A program made the translations under genes and the position numbers. From positions 1 to 37,016 of the IMG/VR virus record IMGVR_UViG_3300050159_000058: DNA of 37,016 bases; one strand, given 5' to 3'. The notes beneath the pieces are model-generated. The model saw nothing but the letters and a program-made list of their open reading frames with translations, had not been told where the DNA came from and did no database searches. Shown here one piece after another: positions 1-9,500 of this stretch. Every line of letters starts with the position of its first letter. Positions within the stretch are counted from its first letter, which is position 1. This DNA comes from a virus. Its lineage: Duplodnaviria > Caudoviricetes.

Positions 1-1
1 A

Positions 2-67
2 ACGCAGCCCGGTCACGATTACCTGGCACTTCGAGCTGGGGCGCTTGGGCTGGCTGTCGGCCTTTGA
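2..67 (+). CDS. 3' end (partial) of a second copy of the SGNH-hydrolase gene
   Basis: Reads [21 protein letters not shown], identical to the C-terminus of 30104..31687, followed by the same terminator. Confidence 0.75.
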   Translation, partial: TQPGHDYLALRAGALGLAVGL

Positions 68-94
68 CTTCCCATCCCCTGCCGGTGCGTACCC

Positions 95-117
95 AAGCCC
101 GCTTCGGCGGGCTTTTT
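95..117 (+). terminator. Intrinsic terminator
   Basis: AAGCCCGC-TTCG-GCGGGCTT hairpin plus T-tract. Confidence 0.85.
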
Positions 118-757
118 ACCGCCCAAACAGATCAAACGCCCGGGCAATGATCTTCTTCGGCAGCCTGGCGCCGTAGTGCTCGGCGCGGTCGCTGGGCATG
201 CTGTACGGGATGTAGTATTCGTTGAACTTGGTGCCGCTGATCGAATACTGCACGCCGACGTCAGGGGCCCCGGAGCCCCAGGTGATGATGCCATCTTCGG
301 ACACCGACGGCAGGCCGCCGTCGACGATGACGCCGTCGCCGTCGATCCAGAAGACCCGCGATAGCGCCGCGACGCGGAACCACAGGCGCTCGGCAACATC
401 GCCTCGCGTCAGCGACACACTGAAGGCGTCGGTGCTGTTGAGCAGCGTCAGGCGGTCGAACTGGCCGGCCTCGTAGATCGGCGACGACTCGGGAACCGTG
501 ATGGTGGCGTCGCCGGACTCGTAGAGGCCCGCCTGGATCCATTCCTTCTTGATGTTCTGCGCCGTCATGCCGGCGCGGCCTGGCACGGCCTGGCCCCAGA
601 TCCGCCCCTTGCCGGAGCACTGCGGGCACTGCGGGTCGGCGGCGCCGCTGTGCGGGTCGCGGCACGGGCAGGCCCAGGACCGGCGCCACAGGAACTCCTG
701 GCCAATACCAGAGTCGCCAGCCAGGAACGCATCAAACGCCTTGGGGTTGAGCCTCAT
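116..757 (-). CDS. Head-closure/neck protein with Cys-rich zinc motif
   Basis: CPC...CPQCSGKG motif; follows the adaptor gene with ATGA overlap; typical of myovirus neck genes. Confidence 0.65.
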   Translation of the reverse strand: MRLNPKAFDAFLAGDSGIGQEFLWRRSWACPCRDPHSGAADPQCPQCSGKGRIWGQAVPGRAGMTAQNIKKEWIQAGLYESGDATITVPESSPIYEAGQFDRLTLLNSTDAFSVSLTRGDVAERLWFRVAALSRVFWIDGDGVIVDGGLPSVSEDGIITWGSGAPDVGVQYSISGTKFNEYYIPYSMPSDRAEHYGARLPKKIIARAFDLFGR

Positions 758-1587
758 CCCATGCCCCCGACACGAATGCCATGGATGGCTGTCATCAGTC
801 CGGAGTTCTGGCCCTTGGGCCCGAACAGCGTTTCGTCGATGGCCTCGCCGTACTTGGTGAAGTCCAGGCTCATCGACTGCGACAGTCCGTCGGCACTGAT
901 TGAGCCCGACTGCGGCACGAAGGCGTCCATGACGATCTTCAGCATGGCTTTGCGCTTGATGACGTCGACAACGTCAGGCCATTCGGTCGCCGCGTTCTTC
1001 AGGCCTGCCGTGTACCGCACGCGGACCATAAACGGGATCGTGCGGCCGCCGCCCATGGCTTGAAGCAGGAACGCCGACAGCGGAGCCGTGAACGCCGACG
1101 ACGCTGGAACCAGCTGGATCTGGCCGTACTTCTTGTTCAGGCGGATCCAGTCGGTTGGCACCGTGAACACCACGGTGTTGGGTTGCGGGTAGGCGAACTG
1201 GATCGACGCCACCGAGATGATGGGCCGCGACTGCGTGACGATGAACCCCCAGCGGTCGCCGTGGAAAAAGTCGGGGTCGTAGTCGTAGGCGCCCTCTTGG
1301 GCATAGTTGACCTGGCCGACCTCCAGCGCATCCACCTCGGCCTGCGGGGCGTCGTCGGGGATGATCACGGTCGGCACGAGGTAGACCCTCAGCAGCCGGC
1401 TGACCTCCTTCTCGGCGGCCAGCAGTTTGCCGTAGAGGTAGTCGTCGGAGACCGTGACGCCTGGCAGCGCGTTCTGGGCCGCCATGAGGAATGCTCCTGC
1501 GCGCAGGTCGGCAACGGCGGCCGGCTTGTCCGGGAACAGAGTCGAGTAACTACCCGGAGGCAGTTGGTTGACGACAACGATTGTCAT
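754..1587 (-). CDS. Head-tail adaptor protein
   Basis: Downstream of capsid; RVRYTAG and SISADGLSQS motifs typical of adaptor proteins. Confidence 0.7.
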   Translation of the reverse strand: MTIVVVNQLPPGSYSTLFPDKPAAVADLRAGAFLMAAQNALPGVTVSDDYLYGKLLAAEKEVSRLLRVYLVPTVIIPDDAPQAEVDALEVGQVNYAQEGAYDYDPDFFHGDRWGFIVTQSRPIISVASIQFAYPQPNTVVFTVPTDWIRLNKKYGQIQLVPASSAFTAPLSAFLLQAMGGGRTIPFMVRVRYTAGLKNAATEWPDVVDVIKRKAMLKIVMDAFVPQSGSISADGLSQSMSLDFTKYGEAIDETLFGPKGQNSGLMTAIHGIRVGGMG

Positions 1588-1629
1588 GGTGGTATCCGAG
1601 TGGTGTGGAGGCTGTAGCCAGATGCCCCC

Positions 1630-1645
1630 ATCTTCGGCTCACGAC
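1630..1645 (-). promoter_or_regulatory. Late-promoter motif copy
   Basis: GTCGTGA-gcc-GAAGAT directly downstream of a terminator, upstream of adaptor gene. Confidence 0.7.
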
Positions 1646-1647
1646 GC

Positions 1648-1672
1648 AAAAAACCCGCCTCGTAGGCGGGTT
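1648..1672 (-). terminator. Intrinsic terminator of the capsid operon
   Basis: AACCCGCCT-acg-AGGCGGGTT followed by TTTT on the minus strand. Confidence 0.85.
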
Positions 1673-1700
1673 CTCGTCAGGCCGTCGGGGCACCTGCCTG

Positions 1701-2276
1701 TCAGTACCGCGACTCCAGATCCAGCAAGGTCGTCACCGGTCCGATGTTCGCGCCGTGGATGTTGTAGTAGGTCGCCGTCAGGCTGGCCGTGTCCAGCGCC
1801 GTGGTGCCGCCGACGAAGTTGGAGCCCGTGGCGTTGTCCAGCACCAGCACGCCGATCAGCGCCTTGCCGGCTGCGTTCTGCGGCAGCAGGGCGACGGCTG
1901 CGTCATGGCTGGCGGCGTCGGCCGTCTTCGTGCTGACGCTGAGCGCGCCGGCTGCGTCGATGTAGAACGCCCAGGCTGCGCTCTTGGCGGTCGCCAGCGT
2001 GCCGGACAGCGCCGGCATGTCAGTCGCAGCGGGCTTGCGAACGATGACTCCAGCGACGTTCGCGATGAACGCATTGCTGGCCTTCACCAGTGTGGAGCCA
2101 CCCGCCTTGATGGCCAGCGCCGGCGATGACATGCCGCAGGTCATCAGGCGAGCGCGGACGTCGTTCGCCACCGCCAGCAGTTCGGCCAGGACGTTGCCCA
2201 GTTTGGCGTCGGACGCGCATGGCATCGACCGGTTGAGGGCATCCTGTATGGAGCCGGGTGCGTTGATGTTTGCCAT
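1701..2276 (-). CDS. Putative capsid decoration/structural protein
   Basis: Ala/Gly/Thr-rich 191 aa, SD GGAG, located in capsid operon. Confidence 0.55.
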   Translation of the reverse strand: MANINAPGSIQDALNRSMPCASDAKLGNVLAELLAVANDVRARLMTCGMSSPALAIKAGGSTLVKASNAFIANVAGVIVRKPAATDMPALSGTLATAKSAAWAFYIDAAGALSVSTKTADAASHDAAVALLPQNAAGKALIGVLVLDNATGSNFVGGTTALDTASLTATYYNIHGANIGPVTTLLDLESRY

Positions 2277-2308
2277 GGTGGTCTCCAGTGTGGCGGGGTT
2301 GGTTCAGG

Positions 2309-2806
2309 TCAGGCGGCCGGGTCGGCGGGGCGACTGGCCTTGACGGCTTCGATTTCGGCCGTCAGGCGAGCCTCGGCCCAGCGCATGTTCACCTTGACGC
2401 CCAGGCCGGTGGCCTCGGTGCGCAGGGCTTCGATCTTGTCGATGGTGGCGGCATCGGCACCCACTTCGGCGTCGGCGGGGCTGGATTCGTCGGCGACGGG
2501 CGCGGCGGTATCGACAGGCGCAGCAGGCGCAGCGGAGGGCGTCTCGGCGGACACCTGGGCATCAGCAGCGGGCGGGATGACGACATCGGCAGCGGGCTCG
2601 GCGGCGATCGGCGCGACGGGCGCGGCGAGCGCGACGGGCGCAGGGCCCGCGTCGACCATCACGTAGCCCGGAACGGCCGCGAACTGCTCGGCCACGGCCG
2701 GGTCCACATGCACAGACAGCATGCCGGCCGGGTCTTCGGAGGGATCGAACTTCACGCCACTGATCAGGTCGCTGGCGTTGGGGAGGGTGCACAGGACACG
2801 TGCCAT
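2309..2806 (-). CDS. Hypothetical capsid-operon protein (Ala/Pro linker, small C-terminal helical domain)
   Basis: Start reassigned to ATG at 2806 after SD AAGGAG; C-terminal LRTEATGLGVKVNMRWAEARL resembles HeH/LEM-like tails. Confidence 0.65.
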   Translation of the reverse strand: MARVLCTLPNASDLISGVKFDPSEDPAGMLSVHVDPAVAEQFAAVPGYVMVDAGPAPVALAAPVAPIAAEPAADVVIPPAADAQVSAETPSAAPAAPVDTAAPVADESSPADAEVGADAATIDKIEALRTEATGLGVKVNMRWAEARLTAEIEAVKASRPADPAA

Positions 2807-2896
2807 GGGATTCTCCTTGCGATTCAAGAGGGCGGCCGAAGCCGCCCCGTGTAGCCGTCAGGCCCGAAGGCCTGTCATCATCAGTTGAACGGTGGC

Positions 2897-4354
2897 TCAA
2901 CCAAACGGACGCCAGACCGCAGCCGACGGCAGCACGTTCTTGATCACCACATGATGGCGACGCTTGGCCAGACGCAGGTAGCCGAACATCAGCTGCGCCC
3001 AGGGCACCACGGCCGAGACGGTCGGGTACAGCGGGAACTTCAGCATCGGCAGCAACTGGCGCCAGGCGATGGCGTCGGCACCCGTCGACATATTCAGCAC
3101 GTAGGCCTTGGTGGTGCCAGGGATTTCGCGGTTGTAGTCGACGAAGGTGGTCGTCGAGCCAGCCTTGGCAACCCGCGCCATCTGGCGGAAGTCGCTGACG
3201 GCGTTGGTGCCGTTCAGGCGACCGCGGTAGATCACGTAACCGGTCTCGGCACCGCCGGCGCTGGCCGTGATGGTCAGCGTGCACTTCTGGCCGGAAGCCA
3301 CAGCCTGCTGCGATGAAATCAGGCCGGTGGACTGGCCCGCGGCGTTGACGCCGGTCACGAGGTAGTAGTAGTTGCCGGCCTGGGTGGCGCCGAACATCGA
3401 GGCCGTGTCGCTGGCGACAGCCAGGCTCACAGACTGCGGCTTGAAGGTGTCGTTCGCAGCGGCCAGCACGGGCTGCAGGGTCTGGAACGGCACCATCTGG
3501 TTGCCGTCACGCACGAACACGTCGGGCATGGTTTTGATGTTGCCCCACGACGTGCGGATGCCCACCACCGGCGAACCCAGCGAGATGCCGCCGTTGCCGA
3601 CATCGGTCAGCGGCACGCGGAACGCCGGGTCGAGACCGGTGTCGAAGTCGGCTTGCACTTGCTGCGACATGAAAATGTGCGTCGGCGTGCCGAAGTTGCC
3701 GTAGGCCGAGATTGTGGCGGCAGCCTGGTTCAGCAGGTTGATGCTCGCCAGGGACTGGCCTTGGGCGTCCAGCACGTTGGCGCCGTCCACGGAGCCGTCG
3801 GAGACGCCGGAGTACATCTGGGCGGCGATGCCGTCGAACTCGGTCGGCACGACGGCGGAGTCACCCTCGAAGCACAGGTACTCGGCGTCGGTCAGCAGCT
3901 GCAGGGCGCCGGCCTGCTGCTCGACAGCCTCGGCGGAGGCAAGGTTGTTGCCCAGCGTGGAGACGAACGACACCTGACGCTTGGTCATCAGGTACTTCAC
4001 CAGGCCCACGCGGCGCTTGTAGGCACCGGTGCTCTCGGCGATGGTGCCGACTTCGGTGTTGGTCGAGCCGCCCAGGAAGCCACCGACGCCGGACTGTTCG
4101 GTCCACTCGTCGACGGTCGCCGTGGCCGAGGTTTTCGCCAGTTCATTGAACAGGCGGAAGTGCTTGTTCTCCTGGATGGTGGCCTTCATGGTCTTGTCCA
4201 GCGACTGGATGCGCAGGGCACCGCCACCGGTCAGCGTCGAGACGTCAGAGCCGTAGCCGGCCGTCAGCGCCTTCTGCATTTCGGCGATGGCGCCGAGTTC
4301 CATTTCGCCGCCGGCGACGGCGCCGGTCGCGATGTCAGGGAGATTGATCTGCAT
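2897..4354 (-). CDS. Major capsid protein, SPO1/Herelleviridae-like
   Basis: N-terminal KALTAGYG...GGGALRIQSLD signature, 485 aa, follows protease and scaffold. Confidence 0.9.
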   Translation of the reverse strand: MQINLPDIATGAVAGGEMELGAIAEMQKALTAGYGSDVSTLTGGGALRIQSLDKTMKATIQENKHFRLFNELAKTSATATVDEWTEQSGVGGFLGGSTNTEVGTIAESTGAYKRRVGLVKYLMTKRQVSFVSTLGNNLASAEAVEQQAGALQLLTDAEYLCFEGDSAVVPTEFDGIAAQMYSGVSDGSVDGANVLDAQGQSLASINLLNQAAATISAYGNFGTPTHIFMSQQVQADFDTGLDPAFRVPLTDVGNGGISLGSPVVGIRTSWGNIKTMPDVFVRDGNQMVPFQTLQPVLAAANDTFKPQSVSLAVASDTASMFGATQAGNYYYLVTGVNAAGQSTGLISSQQAVASGQKCTLTITASAGGAETGYVIYRGRLNGTNAVSDFRQMARVAKAGSTTTFVDYNREIPGTTKAYVLNMSTGADAIAWRQLLPMLKFPLYPTVSAVVPWAQLMFGYLRLAKRRHHVVIKNVLPSAAVWRPFG

Positions 4355-4412
4355 TGTGTTGCCTCTTGGAAGTGGTGCGTTCAGCGGTTGAGGTTGAGGT
4401 TGAATTGGCCGC

Positions 4413-5048
4413 TCAGCGCAGCACGGTGGTGACGATGGCGTCGGGGATCTTCTCGCCTCGGTTGATGCAAGCCTCGGCGGTCGCGATCTGCAGGCTGGTC
4501 AACTGGCCCGCGTTGAACTTGTCCATGGCCTTCGCCATGAACTCGTTCGGCGACACGCCTTGCGGCTCGGACTTGGTCATCTGCTCACCAGTGGCCGGGG
4601 CCTTCTCGGTGATGCTGACCACGGCCTTGCGACCGGCACCGGTGCCGCTCAGTTTGGCGACATGCGCGGTGAGCGACTTCAGCATGTCGCCCTGCTTCTC
4701 GATCAGGTCCACGGCGGCGCCCATGGCCTTGACCATGTTGCCTTCCAGGCCCAACACCTGCTCTTGCAGCGACTTGACCATCTCGGCGCCGTCGACGGCT
4801 TCCATGGTGGTGCCGTCCTCCAACGTCAAGGTGAAGGACTTCGCCACAGGCTTACCCTCGTCGTCGGCATCGCCGTCGGGCTTGCCGCCCATGTTGTCGT
4901 CGTCACCATCGCCGCCACCCTCCGCAGCGGCGGCTTGGATTTTTTCGTCATCCTCGCCGTTGTCCGCCGGGAGCGCTTTGGCCATGGTGTCGAGCTCGGC
5001 AACCAGTTGCTCGAACTGGTTGGTTTCCCGCTTTTCTCCAGCCATCAC
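4413..5048 (-). CDS. Capsid scaffolding protein
   Basis: Acidic, coiled-coil, many repeated xxK[S/A] sites; between protease and capsid. Confidence 0.7.
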   Translation of the reverse strand: MMAGEKRETNQFEQLVAELDTMAKALPADNGEDDEKIQAAAAEGGGDGDDDNMGGKPDGDADDEGKPVAKSFTLTLEDGTTMEAVDGAEMVKSLQEQVLGLEGNMVKAMGAAVDLIEKQGDMLKSLTAHVAKLSGTGAGRKAVVSITEKAPATGEQMTKSEPQGVSPNEFMAKAMDKFNAGQLTSLQIATAEACINRGEKIPDAIVTTVLR

Positions 5049-5953
5049 ATGCTCCGTTTCTTCAAATCGCGCATGAAGCGCTCCACGTACTCGGCCGCCC
5101 CGTCGTGGGACATGCCGAACTCATTGACGCAGTAGGACACCATGTCCTGCGCGCCTGGGTTCTTTGCCACTTTGCCGCCCCGCAGCGCGCCAGCCAGGCG
5201 CTCGCGCAGGTCGAAGTAGCTGATGATCGGGTGGCGGCTGTTGCCGGCGCCGTCCAGAGATTGGCGCGCCAGGCTGCGGCCGCCGGCCATCGTCGCGCTG
5301 TCGGTGCCGTAGCCGGCCTCCAGGCCCTTGGCGATCACGAAGCCGCCCAGCGACTTGGTGAACACGCCGAATGGGGCCGCGCTCGCCACTGGCAGATGCT
5401 GGTTCACTGGCGTCCGCGACATGCCGATGTTGGTCCACCGGACGCGCTCAATGACGGCGGTCCGCTCGCCCGACTTCGGGTCGATCTGGATCGACTTCGC
5501 CATGGGCACACCGCCGACCGACGGATACCAGCGGGCCGGCGGGCGCTGCCGGGTCATGGAATCCCAGACCATGTTGGCGTTCTGCGCGGTCTCGGCAGTG
5601 CCGGAATACAGTTGCGCCTTCACGAACGTCCGCGAGCCCTCAATCCGCACCTGCACAGGGCGGCCGATTTCGTAGAGCTCGGGCTTCGGGATGCCGGGAT
5701 AGCCCAGCTTCGGATTCGGCTTGCCCAGCAGCGAATAGTGGTCGATGTCGATGTTGCCGAACTTGGTGTAGTAGTCCGCGGACTCTTCCAAGGCCTTCGC
5801 CAGCACGCGCTCATTCTGCAGGTCGCGCCCTTCGTTGGACGCCTCCATGTAGATGAAACGGTTGTCCCCTTCGGTCGCGGGAGTGGCCTTCAGCATCGAC
5901 TCGATGCTGAAGAACTCAGGCACGCCGGAGAGGATCTGTGCGTCGGAAAGCAT
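5045..5953 (-). CDS. Prohead protease
   Basis: ASNEGRDLQNE, NIDIDH, SVGG motifs of the HK97/herpes-type protease fold; position. Confidence 0.8.
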   Translation of the reverse strand: MLSDAQILSGVPEFFSIESMLKATPATEGDNRFIYMEASNEGRDLQNERVLAKALEESADYYTKFGNIDIDHYSLLGKPNPKLGYPGIPKPELYEIGRPVQVRIEGSRTFVKAQLYSGTAETAQNANMVWDSMTRQRPPARWYPSVGGVPMAKSIQIDPKSGERTAVIERVRWTNIGMSRTPVNQHLPVASAAPFGVFTKSLGGFVIAKGLEAGYGTDSATMAGGRSLARQSLDGAGNSRHPIISYFDLRERLAGALRGGKVAKNPGAQDMVSYCVNEFGMSHDGAAEYVERFMRDLKKRSM

Positions 5954-5959
5954 GCCGTG

Positions 5960-5975
5960 ACTATCCCGTCACGAC
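5960..5975 (-). promoter_or_regulatory. Late-promoter motif, 6 nt before ATG
   Basis: GTCGTGA-cgg-GATAGT-cacggc-ATG. Confidence 0.8.
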
Positions 5976-5998
5976 GACCCAACTTGCTGACAGGCATG

Positions 5999-6020
5999 AA
6001 AAAACCGCCCGTAGGCGGTT
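5999..6020 (-). terminator. Intrinsic terminator
   Basis: AACCGCC-tacg-GGCGGTT plus TTTT. Confidence 0.8.
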
Positions 6021-6054
6021 GGTGGTTGGGTGCGGGGCGCTGTCTACGGCGCCA

Positions 6055-6279
6055 TCAACTCAATTCGCCGGCATCCCATCGTCCGGAGCCCGGGTCAGCC
6101 GCCGCCCACCGGCCGGGCTCGCCACTGCCGGCCTTCAGCATACCGGCCTGGGTTGGTGGCGCGAACACGTAGCTCGGGCAGCCGTCGGCTGTGATGGGTG
6201 GCGCCATGGGCATGCCCAAGCGCGTGCGGGCGTGGCACGTTGTGCACAGCGCGGCGAGGGTTCCGGGGCAGTAGGTCAT
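6055..6279 (-). CDS. Small Cys-containing hypothetical protein
   Basis: ATGA overlap with upstream ORF, ends just before terminator. Confidence 0.45.
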   Translation of the reverse strand: MTYCPGTLAALCTTCHARTRLGMPMAPPITADGCPSYVFAPPTQAGMLKAGSGEPGRWAAADPGSGRWDAGELS

Positions 6280-6560
6280 GTGGTGGTCTCGGCTTCAGCG
6301 GCGGTCACACCCAGGTTCTTTTTCGCCTGCGCCAGCACCATCTCGCAGCGGTGCTTTTCGGCAATCGCCGCCTGGTAGCGCCGGCTGGCTTCAGCCACGC
6401 CGGCCAGCGCGTCGCGGCGGTTGGCCTCGGCGGTCTTGACGGCGGCATCCAGCAACTCGGTGGCGCGCGCCAGTATTCGCCGCTCCGTGGCGTCGACGTG
6501 GTGCGACATCGTGGCGAGCTCGCCAAGGTCGCCGTGCAGTCGGTCAGGGTTTGGGGTCAT
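6276..6560 (-). CDS. Hypothetical helical protein (94 aa)
   Basis: Directly follows helicase gene on same strand; phage-like codon use. Confidence 0.65.
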   Translation of the reverse strand: MTPNPDRLHGDLGELATMSHHVDATERRILARATELLDAAVKTAEANRRDALAGVAEASRRYQAAIAEKHRCEMVLAQAKKNLGVTAAEAETTT

Positions 6561-6589
6561 GGTTATTCAATTTTGAGTCAACTGCCAGA

Positions 6590-9500
6590 TTAAAGCAACC
6601 CCTGCTGCTCCTTGTCGGCCACGTCGCGCTGGCGGAGGTAGTGCGCCAGGCCGGTGTCGTCCAGGCGCTCGGCGCTCGACGTCATGACGTCGCGCATGGC
6701 GTACTTCTTCGCCAGCCTGTCGCGGGCGCGGCGCTCGAACGGGTGATCGGCGACGATGTCGACGAGTTCCACGTCGTTCTTCTGGCCGATGCGGTGGATG
6801 CGGGCGTTGCGCTGGGCGTGGGTCATGGCGCACATCGGCGTGTCGTACTGCATCAGCCACTGCCCGCGCTGCGCGTTCAGCCCGGTGCTGGCTGCGTCGC
6901 TGGCCACCAGAATGTCGGCGCCCGGCTCGCTGCCGTCCTCGGGACGGAACAGCTTGCGTTTGCGGTCCTTCTCGGCCGTGCTGTCGGCTCCGGTGATCGT
7001 CACCACGCGCAGGCCTTCGCGCTTCAGCCTGGCCTCAATGGTCTTCACGGCATCCACGCTGTGCGCGAACACCATGCCGGGCTTCCCGGACCGGGCTTTG
7101 ATCTGCTCCACCAGTGCTTCGGTCTTGCCAGATTCCGGGTGGGCGTTGATGACGCGATTCATTGCTGACTCGCGCAGGATGCCCAGGGCGCCCTGCAGGT
7201 TCTTGGCGACGGCCTGGTGCTGGTTGGACGGCACGCCGTCAAACGCGCCCGGGTTCACGCGGCGCGCGGCCTCGACGTCAACCCGGCCGGACATGCGTGC
7301 CAGGCGCATCGACGCCATGTCCTTGTCCAGCCCGGCCAGGGCCTTGTTCTGGCCGTCGCTCAGCTTCGCCGTGACGGTTTTGCGGTCGGCTCGCACCGGT
7401 GGCGCGATGGTGTGGGCGTAGAAGTACCGCGCCATCTCGCGCTGCAGGCCGTCGCGCGCCGCCACGGCGTCGATGCCGTAGCGCCGCATGAACTCGGCGC
7501 GGTCGGTGTAGCGGTCGGGGTCGATCTTCTGGAGTGCCGAGAACACCTCGCTGGCGTCGTCGTTGCGCACCGGGTCGGCCGTCATGCTGACGTGGTACGG
7601 CGTGTTGTCGGTGACGGCGCCGACGGCCAGCGACATGCCGGAGTCGGTCTTGCCGGCACGGTCCAGCAGGTTGTGGCCTTCGTCGACCGCGGAGAAATCG
7701 AAGTTGATGCCCTCACGGTCCATCACGGTCTTGCCCCATGCCTTGCGCTCGGCGCGCGTCATCGACGCCAGCCGATCGCGGACTTGGTTCTCGGAGACGC
7801 CGTCGGCAGCCGCCGCCATGTGGATGAGGTCGTCTCGGAACGCCTGGTGCGTCACCACACAGAAGTGGTTGGCCGGATCCCGGTAGCCCTTGATGCGCTC
7901 CTCGCGGCTGGCGCCGGGTTCGCAGTGCCAGCGGTACTTACCAGGCTGCAGGTACTTCAAGGCCTCGCCGCCGAACTGCCCCTGCACGATCGACGGCACC
8001 ATGAACAGGCCGCGCTTGACCTGCCCCTTGGCATGCAGGTGCGTGAATGCGGCCATGCTGACGAGGGTCTTGCCGGAGCCGGCCCCCAGGTGCAGGCCCA
8101 TGCGCTTGTTGGCGGCAATGAGCTTGATGGCGCGCTGGCGAGCGAAGGCGTCGCCGCCCGACATGGTAGGCTCGCCCAGGCTGAAGCCCTCGCGTGGTTT
8201 GAAGTTGGCGCCGACCTGGCCCATGATCGCTGCAATCTGGCGCTCGGCAACGTGGCCCAGGGTGTGGCGCTCATCGCCGGCCAGCGGCTTTTCCTCGCCG
8301 GCCGCAGCTGCTGGCGCGTCCTCGCTGCTGAAAAACCCCATCTGCGCCTGCTCGAACGCCTCGCGCTCCTCACGGCTGGCGTCCAACTTGTCGGCCACGC
8401 TGCCGGCGGCGTAGCGGCCAGACTGGCGCTCGCGCAGGCCGTCGATCAACTCGCGCTCGCGCGCCTGGCGCTCGGCGCGCGCCGCCGGGTCGGTGGCGTC
8501 GAGGTGGTTCAGATTCTGCCGAATGACGGCTCGACCCAGCTTGACGGGCTGTCCCGGACGCAGCTTGTTGTGGGCGTCGGAGAACGACTTGGCGACGCGC
8601 GACTTGATGAGATCCTGCACAGCCTCGTAGGCCTTCTCGTGGCCTCGCATGGTGTCGGCGTACTTGGCCCAGTCCAGGCTGGCGGCGCCCACTTTGGCAG
8701 CCAACTCGTCGCGGCGCTGCCGCCATTCGGCATGGTCGGGGTTCGCCATGCGCTCGCCGAACATATCCTCGACTTCGGCCTCGGGCTCCTGCTGGCCGTG
8801 GGTTTCGAGCTCGTGGCGGAGTGCTGCGGCGTCCTGGGACTCGTGGGCGATGTCGCGGTAGAACGTCTCGCGCAGCGTGCGCTGGTCCTGCGGCGTGAGC
8901 TCGCCGATCTGCTTGTAGGCGGCCACGCCGTCAGGGTGTTCCGCCAGCGCGCGGTGCAGAGATTCCGTGGTGGTGTCGTCGATCGCCAGGGCCTGCCGGT
9001 TCAGCGGGCTGCGGTCGCCGCCGTACTCGCGGCCGACGAAGTCGTCGGCGTAGCCGTCGAAGGTGTCGCCGAGGTCTTCGGCGCGGCGCTGGCGGCCGTC
9101 GGCGCGCAGCGGCGCCACCGCCTCCAGCGCCTGCTGGTAGCCTGAACCGGCCTTCTGGAAGAAGTCGGCCGACTGAATGTCGGCCAGGATGTCGGCCGGC
9201 GTGTCGCCGTCGGCCGCCCGGCCGCCGATGTAGTCGCGCAGGGACTTCTGCAGGTCGGAGCCGGGCTCAAACGGCCGCGCCAGGCTCGGCGCCGTACCTG
9301 GCTTGGTGTCCAGCAGCAGGTCGGGCCGGCGCGCCACGCCATCCGGCAGCCATCCGTCCTCATCCTGCCGGCCGGCGGCAATGTCCAGATTCCGGCGGAC
9401 CTGCTCGACGTCGGCGCGGTCGATGGGCTTGGCCAGCTGGTCCATGCCGGCCGGCGTGATGTTCAGGAACGTGTTGCCGCCGGCAGCGTCAACGGTGTAG

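Larger units (their letters stand above)
1..117 (+). repeat. Inverted repeat copy A (identical to reverse complement of 30054..30170; may extend beyond window start)
   Basis: Base-by-base comparison: aacgcagcccggtcacgattacctgg...gcgggcttttt matches rc(30054..30170) with no mismatch. Confidence 0.95.

Noticed and set aside
13-19. TCACGAT resembling the late-promoter motif
   Set aside because: Lies in duplicated coding sequence and lacks the nAnnnT hexamer
1-117. Diversity-generating retroelement TR/VR pair
   Set aside because: Copies are 100% identical with no adenine-specific differences, and no reverse transcriptase is in the window
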